Assembly (NCBI RefSeq): GCF_964355755.1 | Contig: NC_092673.1 | Span: forward strand, 15,472,948 to 15,536,947 | Length of the DNA: 64,000 nucleotides | DNA from: Antedon mediterranea | Taxonomy: Eukaryota; Animalia; Echinodermata | Reading direction: 5' to 3' | In this document: piece after piece, positions 38,201-50,200 of the stretch | Numbering within the stretch: the stretch's first letter is position 1 | Layout: every line of letters begins with the position of its first letter | Notes under the pieces: model-generated | What the model was told of the DNA's origin: nothing | The model's input: the letters and a program-made list of their open reading frames with translations, nothing else | Database searches by the model: none | Made by a program: the position numbers and the translations under genes

Positions 38201-41200
38201 ATCTACCACTTAACACCAAAAGTTTTTAAATATTCTTTTAGTTAAATATTGAGAGTTTTTGCATACAGTATGTGCTATTCTTATTGTTAAATTTGGAAGT
38301 ACTGTACAGTACGAGTACAGTAGGTAGTACCAGAAGGCTGGTACATGTACAGTATCACATTTTATTTAAATCAATACCCTTGTATCATAAATACTGAAAA
38401 AAGCAATACCTCCTAAAGTCTCCTAATAGTTTCATAATAATAACAGTTTCCTGATATTTCAAGTCATCATCCCTTCTCCTGCTAAGGTGCAATTTGTCAA
38501 TAATTGTTTAGTATGAAACAAGTTAAAGGTATCCATGTATAAATTATGTTTATTTTTTTAGTTTATTATTATATTAGTTAGAAATATCCTGTCCAGGATG
38601 TGAATATTAACTGGACAATAATTCAAGTACATTCAACATGAACCAGCATGTATTGTACCAGGAACCATCATGCACCAGGAACCAGCAAGCACCATGAACC
38701 AGCATGCACTCCATGTCCCATGAACCAGCATCATGCACCATGAACCAGCATGCACCATGAACCAGTAGCTATGGTTGAAGCCACTAGACCTACATTTCTT
38801 TTACATAACTTATGGTCACATAATACATTTTATATAAAAATAAATACTGTATGGACGTTTTATAATAATTTTTTTCCGTCTTTAAACTGTTAAGAATGTG
38901 AAAAATAAGTTGATTCTAATAATTTAAGCGGCCTGCTATAAATACTACGCTCACGCTAGCCATTCGCGTTTTCGCAAATTGCGATTGGAGTTGTCAATTT
39001 GCGAAAAAAAAATTTATATCATTCGCAAAACTTGCGAAAATAATTTTTCCTTAAAAACTCAAAACTTCGTCCGTCTAGGCCCTAGCTAGGCTTCAAATAT
39101 TAAAGTTTTATGTAAACCACAACGACTTCGCCGCCCCGTCGCCAGCCTATAATAAGTGACAGCGATGTAGCGTTACATACCATCAACGACATTTTTTTTC
39201 GCGTCACTCGAATAAATTAAAACGAGTTTTCCGCTAGTAGGCCTATTTATTGTACAGGCGAGTAGTTGTAAATCGCGTTTTTCTGTAAATGTACACGCGC
39301 CCGACTAAGGAGAATTTATTTATGATTAGACATGCGCAATAATTGTAATTACGAACAAACAAACAAACTGCACATATGTACAGATGCAAATATCGCGCAA
39401 TAACAAACATGCTGCATGAACATTCCGACGTCGTTGTCGTAATTTGTTTGTGGTGTGTGTTACGATGTTTTCGTGAGTGAATAAGAAGCATACAACTCAA
39501 ACTATTATATTGTTTGTGATGAAAAACTTCATCCAGGCAGGCTGCATATGCTGATAATTGAAGCCCATCATACATGACTATTGAGTAGACCTCCTTGGCC
39601 GTGGCGACTGGTATCGCGTTAGGCTGCAGTAGATAGGCCTAACATTTTTTAATGCGGTCATGTTTTATTTGTATTTTAATCACAAATTTTGAATGAATAA
39701 AAATAAAAACAATACAAGACAACAACCTACATATTTATTTGATTTATCTACCGTAAAATTTTGCCATTTTCATGGTTTTAAAAATTCGCGAAAGAATTTG
39801 CGAAAAAAAATCGCCGACCTTTCGCAAATTTTTGAAATACCTGAATGCATCGCGCGAGGATTGATATTTTCATATTGTGATGCACTCACAATTGTTAAAA
39901 GGTAAACAAGTAAAAGAACTGTAACTTTTCAATGAAAATACCAGGTCTAACCCAATGTGTAACAGATTCTGCTAAAAAAAAAGGAAATATAATTATTTCA
40001 GCAATGAGACAACGTCGGGCTAGGCCCATAGCTAGCGTATGATACCACTATTTACCAGCTAGGCCCACAAAATTGAGCTATGCTAGGCCTGAGACCATCC
40101 ACGAGAGTACATTCGATGCCAGCTACTTACTTAAAACATACATTTAAGACAAGAAATGAACTGGTTAAATTAAATGATAATAATAATATTGATATCATTA
40201 TTTTTGCAAAATGTCTAAAATTGTGTGTAAAGTGTCTTTAACGCTACAGTACACTACATGAAGCTTGCAGTGATTTATTTGCCATATTAATATATGCACT
40301 AATTGTTGCCTTAGTGGTTAACTGTAGCAGGGAGATGTAACCCTGACTATAGTATTCATATTTAATGGGTCATGTTTATTTTAAAGGTTCACTACACTTA
40401 TTGTCTCTATTTAATCAGGCTGTGATGATAGCAAGATTATTGAATTTTGTAAATTCTAGCAGTGACTACTGAACAAATTGAATATTCAATTTTATATTAA
40501 CAGTTCAATTAAGTATCTTGTATTGTAAAAATAGGGTACATAATATGATAGATTTAAGAAAATTAAATTCAACTGTATAAAAACACAATTCAGCTTTAAA
40601 ATTGCAAGCAGTACTCTACAAAAGTGCACACACATTTTTAATTATTTGATACTGCAAATCAAATTTGATATACGACAAATAAAGAATCGAGAAATCAATA
40701 AGAACTTTAAAAAAAAATTCACTTTTCAGACATAACAAACATCCATCACAGTTATTAATGTTAGTTTAACACAATGGGTATATAACAGCGAAGTTCACTA
40801 CTATCTCGTAATGCAATAAATTATGTATCGTGCAGGCGTTTATTTGTTTAAATAGATTGAAAGAAAGAATGTAAGATCAGGAGGAGGAAGCAGCTTTATT
40901 AGAACATCTGTCTGAGATGATATCAACATTAAATCATTGTCAATGAGATACCAATAGTGTTATTTCCTTGGATCACAACCCACTCCCCTTCTCCCTCCTC
41001 TCCCCCCCCCCTTTTTTTTTTAGTTATCCGCAGCTTGGCGGATAACTCTTTGTAATTTCATTTTTTTCCTGCATTCTTCTTTCTAGCCCTTGTGTCTCCC
41101 CTCTCGTTTTGCATCTCTCTAAAACATATAATCATTTCGTAACTTTTTAAACTTATGTACATTCACGTGAAGTTGTGCACATCCTATTTTTTAATGATGT

Positions 41201-44200
41201 CTAGAGGAATTTAAAAAATAAGGTTATTTTCTCTTCTGTGCTAGTTAATTAAATTTGATAGAAGGCATCTCGCTTATTAAACCCCAATCTTTCCCATATT
41301 TTAATATTTTCTTGCTAAATCAATTATCTCTTGTAGGAGTATTTATGTGCTCATTATTTAATGTATTGCACTTGTTGTTTGTTGTGCAGATAACTAACTC
41401 AAAGTTCAAATCTAGTAAAAAATTCAATTTTGAATTTAATGCATAGTTTTCATTTGCTCATACTATTCCACTACGACCTGCATTTCTTTACTAAAAAGTA
41501 CATTTGAAAATAAATGGGTATGCTGACAACCAGCCACTTTTTATCAGTGCATTTTTTAAAGAGACAGCAAGGGCAGTAGTTTAGTGCATTATTCTGACAC
41601 TGAAACTGACAGGATATTAAGCAGATACGTCACAGGATATCAACACTGTCTGTCCATCAATATAACACTATAGATCTACAAATCTATTTTTAACATGTTG
41701 ACCATTACCCCAGACCTTGGCGATTCATTATATTATCTGATCATATCTTCTTCTTCCTTCTCCCCATCCTTGGTGTCAATTACATTGCTGAATGACCAGT
41801 GTCCCTCCCCCATTTTACTGACCTTGGAATTTACTAGTGTTATCTGTAGGAAAAAATCTCTTGTTTTTATATCGAGTTCTCTGTCTGTGACATCCATCTG
41901 TCTCAATTTACCAATTTATAATTTATGTATTAGTAGAACTGGGGTTTTCAGTGTATTTTATAACACACCTGATTGTATTCTTGCAATATGATTGGTCAAT
42001 TACGTATCACGTGTCATTTGGAATTAGCCCTATTAAACGAAAAAGGGATATCTAATGGTGATAATGAACATGCTTTAATGCACGTTCAGCTTTCTGTAAA
42101 GATTTTTTAGATTTTTGCCACGCGTTGTTCGCGTTCGGAAATCAACTTGTTGTGCGTGCCACCTATAACTGTTTTACTCCACGTCTAAAATTGGACCACT
42201 GCCTATTTGAATGGCCTAGCTTTCAGCCTAGCAATAGCATTCGTCCAAAAAATTGACCATGGATAAATTGAATAAAAGTAGGTGTGTTATAAAACAAGAA
42301 TTGACTCCTCTATTTTCAACTCAGCTCCGCCTCATTACAAAAAGAGCAGTCAATTTTTCAACTCATAAATTATTCTCACTATCCAACTATTTAAACATTC
42401 ATTATTTGTATACTATATGCTGATCATGTGCCGCACAAATAAGACATTCTATGATCATACAAAAATTACAAACAACCTTTGTATTGTTTCTGTGTGTTTA
42501 CTTTAAATCTTACATTGCCTGTATATGAATGAATCAGTTCCTTAGCATTTATCCAGGGACTTTAAAATGCAAAACTATAAATATATACTCTATGATATTA
42601 CTCAAATCATATACACTTTTTATTAGTATATGGAAGTTTTACAGTACATGTAAAAGTACAATAATATTTCAAACAAATGTGTTACTGTACTAAAAAAACT
42701 GTTTTAACTGACAAATAACCGAGTTACAAACGAATATGATACTATTAATAAAACTGTTTTGTAACTTATTCAACTTACAGTATAAATTAAAACACCTTTG
42801 GTTTGAAATGTTTAATTTATATGATAATAATATTTAGCAATTAGACATCAGCATATGATAATTGATATGATAGTTGCCCTATAAATAACTGATTATCAAC
42901 AATTATAATAATTTATAATTACAGTTCATAACAAAAAGCTGTCTTTTGTTTAGTGGGTTTCATGTGATGTACCTTTCTATTGTAAAGTTGCCAAGATTAA
43001 TATTAACTGAATACATAACTGTGTTTAAACTTTATATTTTTTATATCTACTGGTATTTATTTAGTCTGGTGATTTACCTGATAAATGATAATAGTTATTA
43101 CAACAATTTGAATAGTTAAATTAGAATAATTGTTCTTGTTCACTTTGAGATTGTTGATAGCAGCTTTCCTGGTTAATATCTTTGCATAACTGTTTAATAA
43201 TAGTAAATGTGGGTTTACACCACAAAAGAGAAAAAAAAACTCTTTAATAATAGTTCATTCTTAGGGCCTGTTTCTATTGAAAAACAAAAATAGAACGGTT
43301 TTTTGAAAACCCGTTTCGGCAGTTGTTTATAAATAGAGATCGTGTTGCAGTTCAATTTTTACTCCAATAAAACCGGTTCTGTCCATGTGCGTTCGTTATG
43401 AATGACGTCATTATATACACCACAATGCAGTTCGTTAGGTGGAAACACAATTGGATCGAGGTCATGTTTACTTTTTTTCACATAGCGCGATCCCTAAGAA
43501 TTGCATCCATTTCATAGAAGGAGGCAGGTATTCCTGTCATTATTACCTGAAACGTTATTGTGGTACGTATAGGTACGTCGAACACTCCGATATTGTCAAG
43601 TTGAACTCATCTAGCTTTCACATGCTTTACAATATTCTTCCGACTCCCGACAAGTCCCCTCATCTTCTTCTCCCCACATATTTATTACGAACCTCGTAAT
43701 AGCATCGGTCCACATTTTTTAGTTAAATAAAATACTCACTATCTAGAGAAATAAAAATGACTAGGTCTGGTCCTATCGCGCTGGTTTGACTGCGAGTTGA
43801 CCGCAATGGTCCCAGTGCAGCAGAGTGAAGTTTTTGGGGTCAAATTGAGGCCGCGATTGTGTGTGTTGCAGCTAAAAATTGCTCCATGGAAACCGGTTTC
43901 AGAATGGTTCTTTGCGATTGAGACCGCAATTAATTGTGGTTTTTGAAACCGTTTTTAAGATCGGTTCTTTTTTGTGGGGACCCATTTCTGCTGACAAGAA
44001 AAAAACCGTTCTTGAAAAGAACGGTATTCAAAACCGTATTTTCTGCTCAATAGAAACAGGCCCTTATATGAGTCATAAGCTAGCTCTCAATAAATAAAAT
44101 AGACGAGAAGTGGCAATAATTTACAGCAATGAAAAACTTTTTTGAAAAGGAAAGACTTCAAGCAAGTTTAGAGTACAGTAGTACACTGTCTGATAGAGAT

Positions 44201-47200
44201 TGGTAGGGATTCCACAGAGTTAGATCTGCCACAGCAAAAGCTCTTCTACCAGTGTACTGTAGATGTCCTAGTCTTAAGAATCTTCATTCAATGAAAAGTG
44301 TGTTACAGTAGTAAAGTCTGGATCCAACAAATGCATGCATGTTTTGTGCAATTGAGGGAGGTTGTTCTTGTTTAGTAAGTAGTTTGACATATTAAATACC
44401 TCAATATATAACATTAATAATGATAATGTTACTTCTCTTGTAGATTCCAACAAGATAAAAAACATGACATCATTGGTCTTGGTGAAGGGGCTGGTTCTAA
44501 TGTTCTCTTAAGGTTTGCTGTAAGTTTGCTTTTCCACATTATTTTCTAATTAATAAGAGACCCATACTAGGTCGCATGAGGCTGGGGTAGTGTTGCTGTA
44601 TTGGATTTGAACCAAGGCCCTGGGATTAGTAAGCATGCATGTCAACTACACAATCCACAATGCCATTTCTTATTCAGTGACTAACACTCAAATATGAAAT
44701 TCATTATGAAATTATTATCATTATTTTATTGATCTGTTTAAAGTAGACGTGAATAAGTAGTAACTGCTAATAATTCATAAACAAAACATAATTGTTAAGG
44801 TCAATTTACACACAATTAATGGAAACGTAGAATCTCTATCCTCAGTGGAAACCTCCTGTCCGTTCTACGCTTTGTTTAAATTGTCATAAGGAATAACATA
44901 GATTCTATATTTTTATTAACGTTACAGCTCGTCTGTAAATTTACTTGTATGATGTGAAAAGGGGAAAATAAAAAGAATCTGATATTTTTACCACTATATT
45001 AAGTTGATAATTGTAAAACCTTTATGATGAAATTGTGCAAGTTACAAACTCATACTATCCCAAATTAAGTGTGCTATCTGTTTTATGATGTAAATGATCC
45101 TGTGCTTTACCACCTTTGATTAGCATCTAATTGAACACAGGCTGTGAAAGACACAATGTGTTATTAAATTATAGATGAGTTACTACTATTAAACGAATAC
45201 GAGATGTTAATGCTTTGAAAGTCATCTGCTTGGTGTTAAAATGCACAGTATCAACTTAATAATATTAATAATAATAATAAATGGGACTTATATAGCACAT
45301 ATACAAATATATAAACTACAGGCTTAATATAATTAAGTTATTCTTTTAAGATATTAACTTTATAATCATCTATATATTATTTGTAATAATTAGTCACTGG
45401 TTGGAGGTACACACCTAATGGTGACAGTGGCTTAGGCTGCCTTTGTGGTTTATATTTTCTTCTTGCGTTGTGTTTGTGTAATTTGTTGATTTGTATTATA
45501 TTTTGTAAAATGTATCTTTTGCCTGAATAAATAATAATAATAATAATAAGGCTTAATGTGCTTAACAAAAGAAATAAAATACGGAAAAATAAGGGGAAAA
45601 AAGTTTAAAGGGCAAGTGTTCAGAGCAGCCTTAAAATAAGTGATTGAATTGTAGCCTGACAGATAGAGATTGGTAAACCGTTCCAAAAGGCGACAGAGGC
45701 CCAAGAAAAGGAACGAAAACCATAATGCTTTGTTGAGTGACGGAAAGATGGAATGAGCGAGTAGAGACTCTGAACTAGATCGCAAAAAGGAATAATATGG
45801 ATGAATAAAATTCGCAATAAAAACAGGCGAGGAATTATGAAGGGATTGGAAGATAGATAGCAAAATTTTGAAATTGATTCTCTGTGTAACAGGAAGCCAA
45901 TGAAGGTTTCTAAGCACAGGTGTGATGTGTGGCAGAGAGTGACTAAATGGGCAGTTTTTAAACAAGGTACCTCCGGATACTCCAAATTTTACCAGTATTT
46001 ACTGGTCATGTACTGTACTTTATTTAATATTTGCTATGTGTGTTGTGGGGGTGGGGCTGTTATTAATCATAGCATTTAAATATTGTTTAATTTTTGTTTT
46101 ACAGATTACCCATCCTGAACGTATGCAAGCCTTGGTTCTCCTGGAATGCACAGCAACATCCGCTAGTTTTGCTGAATGGGGACAAGAAAAGGTAATTTTG
46201 TGTTGAATTATTAATAATTTTGAAAATATACACATTAATAAACACTGCAAAAACTAATTGTCAGTACTTGAATATTAGGAATTACATTGTGTAACAAATA
46301 ACATGGATGATGATGATACTTGGTAGGAGCCAAAATAAATACTAATTTTTTATTCAACCTTATTTATAGAGGGTGACCCTAAACAGCGTATGCTGGCAAT
46401 AAACGGGTGTACATTCGACCTATGGTTTAAAGTTCTTATCCGAAAAGACCCGTTCTACCACCAGAACCATGGAGCGAGTTAGGCAGGCTCGACCCCTTTT
46501 CGATATTATGGCTAGGTATTACGGTTCCAATGTCTTAATCGCTTGGCCACTCACTTGCTCTTTTATAATATAAGGAGAGAACTAAGGAAAACAAGGGTAC
46601 ATTAATCATAATAACTTAATAATGAATGAATTCTTAATACAGGTTGCAGCATGGAACATGGACAAGGGAATGAACAAGAAAGTTGAGAATTACATCCTAT
46701 GGCACCATCTTGGCAATGTAAGTAAACTTGTATTGATATTTGTAGAGGACCATGACAAAATTATTTTACTGCTGTTGCTGCAGTAACTTCAACTCTTGTT
46801 GTCTTGAGTTAGTAATCATATGCACTATATGCAAAAACTGTTTTATATACACCTCTACAATGAAACGGGTTAACATCATACATTATTGCATTCAAACATG
46901 TAGCATATCAAAATGATTCAACTGTAGGTACTGCAGTAGAATCATTTTGATATGCTTCTATTATCTCCATAATGATAAATCCTAAAGTATGCTGCTGCTG
47001 CTTTGGAGATGTTCTTTCCACTGTGATTTATTTTTATTTATCGATACAAACTAAACAAATCTTTCACAGTGATAATAAAATCAGCAGTAAATTTAAGAGA
47101 GAGCAGGGAGAAAATAGTAGTGAATATGACAGTATAATCCCGTAGGATAAATCTGGACATGGTACATGACTGGTTAATGTTATTGAATGTTATTATGTTA

Positions 47201-50200
47201 AAGGCCAGGTGCGGGCAAAAAATTTCTATTGATCATATATTCCAATAATTATCGATCTATAGTTTCCCCTATGTTTCATAATTTTTGGGATCTTATTTGT
47301 GTTACACGAGCTTTTTGAAAATAAGCACTTTCTTATCAGTGGGGGGATAGTTCAAATTACACAGTAAAATCTCTATTCTTTTGTACACAAATTTTGTAAA
47401 TAGAGAGGAATTTAAAAAAGCTATGAAAAATAAACGGTGTGGTAAAAAATGTTATCAGATGACTAAATATAGGTAATATAACTTGAATATCACATTTCTG
47501 ATATTTTTATTCAACTTCAGATTTTTATTTTCATGCAATAGCAAAAATTATCCACCGTATATCCACCATCTTTTTTCACCGTCTAGGGAGTCACCAGACA
47601 TGTTATTACATTAGGTTAACTACCTAACTACTGAAAAAAAGTCTTCTTGGTTTTTATTGAAGAATTTTGCCAAATTTTGTATTTGACCATATTAAGGGAA
47701 ATTCATGTTTTTTCGTTTCGATTTCTGTTACAAATATTTGATTTATGTACATTTAACCAAATATTATATTTAAAATTCATGCCTGTACCTGAGCTTTAAT
47801 ACAATCCGAGTATAATCCCAGATCCCCCTGGGACTATACCCGGTCTTTCCAGTAATCATTTTTGATGATCTAATTATTTTATATTACTCCAGCACACTAA
47901 AGAGAAGTTGGATGTTGTACATGAATATCAGGAATCTCTTTACAAGAGAATGAATGCCAAAAACCTTCATCTATTCATCGACAGCTTCATCAAGTAAGTA
48001 TGCACTTTTTTTGTTATTGTGCAAGTGTAAATTCATAAAATTGTTATATTTTACATTCGAACACTTGTATTTATAGAAGCATAATAATAATCAGCGCAGA
48101 TCACTAATACATTCAAATCGCTCATAGTACAATCAATGTTTCTTTCTTTTTTTTATTGAACTTATTCTAACTAATTCAGAAACACATTTTCCAGTTTTTA
48201 GAACATATTTAAACGTTTTTAGTAATACTAGCTCAAATACTGAATCTTAAATGGGTGAATGCTCTATATTCTCTTCTCTATTTATGTTTCCCGAAAGCCC
48301 TGCAATTTTTTCTGGCTGTTTTCTTACTTAATCATTTGGATTTAGCTTTTTGCTAATTTTTATCAATTGAGATCTAGCCAATGATACCCAAAGCATTGTC
48401 ATTAATTTGCCTTTGGATTTATAGATAGAACCCCTCCTTTGGGACACCCTTATTCAGTGGATACCCCTTAATTAAGAGGACACTTTTAAACTGTTAAATG
48501 GAAAATGTTTTAACACTATGGCCAACCCTGTTCAAGGGACACCTCTATTATAGGGACATTTTGTTAGGTCATGAAGGTGTCCCTTAAATGTTTTTTTTAC
48601 TTTATAAAATAAGGTTTTAGTAGTAGTAGTAATAGTGGAATGGCTCAGTTAATCAATCACCTTTACCATGTTTTCAACTGAAATTTTTAAATGTCAAATG
48701 TCTTAAAAACAGGAAATTAAGATTGGCAGCACATGTCCATCATTATGCAAAATGGCAATGAGAAGATAATAGCTTCTTTTCTATTATTTTATATATAACA
48801 TCGTTTTTACTGAAGTACTCTAGTAGCAATGCCCTATTTAGTATTAAGAATATTACCATATTTGGTTGCAATATTGCCATGTTTAGTTATATTGCCATAT
48901 TTAATGTATTGGCGTATTTTATTTCAATTCACAATCAACAGCAGGGAGCCTGCCATTTACAGACCGGAATACATAAAACACAACACAAAAGAACATCAAC
49001 AAGGTCCACAAAAACCAATTACAAACAATTCTTAATTTTGGATTCAAATAAAGATAAACAATTAAAGAAAATATATCGTAACTTAGTTACGATTGCCATA
49101 TTTAGTTACGATATTGCCATATTTAATTACGATATTGCCATATTTAGTTACGATATATTGCCATATTTAGTTACGATATTTCCATATTTAGTTGCGATAT
49201 ATTGCCATATTTATTCAATAATACATGGTTGTATGTATAGCATTACTACAATTAATGGAGTGCATTTATTTGAACAGTAAATCATAATGTGTATATTTTG
49301 TTTTATGTAGTCGCAATAACATCCTTGACAAGCTTGATGCCGTCAAGATACCCATGCTGCTAATCACAGGATCACAATCACCTCATCTTAAGGATGTTGT
49401 AAGTTTATTCAATACATTATTATTTTTTTTTTAAGTCAAATGCTAATTATAATCATTATCTGTTTGAATTCAATATGTTGATTTAAAGTTTGCGATACAC
49501 CACATATTATATATATTGATCATACAAACAAGTTTGACCAATCACTTTATTCACATGAATCGTACATAAAAACAATGATTTGAAATTGGTTTGAAAAAGA
49601 AAAGTAAAATGTATAATAAGAATAAAAAATATAAAAATATGAAATAAAACATGTGAAGCTGTAAGCGCATATATTTAAAGGCCAGGTGCGGGCAAAAAAT
49701 TTCTATTGATCATACATTCCAATAATTATCGCTATAGTTTCCCCTATGTTTCATAATTTTTGGGATTTTATTTGTGTTACACGAGCTTGTTGAAAATAAG
49801 CACTTTCTTATCAGTGGGGGGGGGGGGGGGATAGTTCAAATTACACAGTAAAATCTCTATTCTTTTGTACACAAATTTTGTAAATAGAGAGGAATTTAAA
49901 AAAGCTATGAAAAATAAACGGTGTGGTAAAATATGTTATCAGATGACTAAATATAGGTAATATAACTTGAATATTACATTTCTGATATTTTTATTCAACT
50001 TCAGATTTTTATTTTCATGCTATAGCAAAAGTTATCCACTGTATATCCACCATCTTTTTTCACCGTCTAGGGAGTCACCAGACATGTTATTACATTAGGT
50101 TAACTACCTAACTACTGAAAAAAAGTCTTCCTGGTTTTTGTTGAAGAATTTTGCCAAATTTTGTATTTGACCATATTAAGGGAAATTCATGTTTTTTCGT

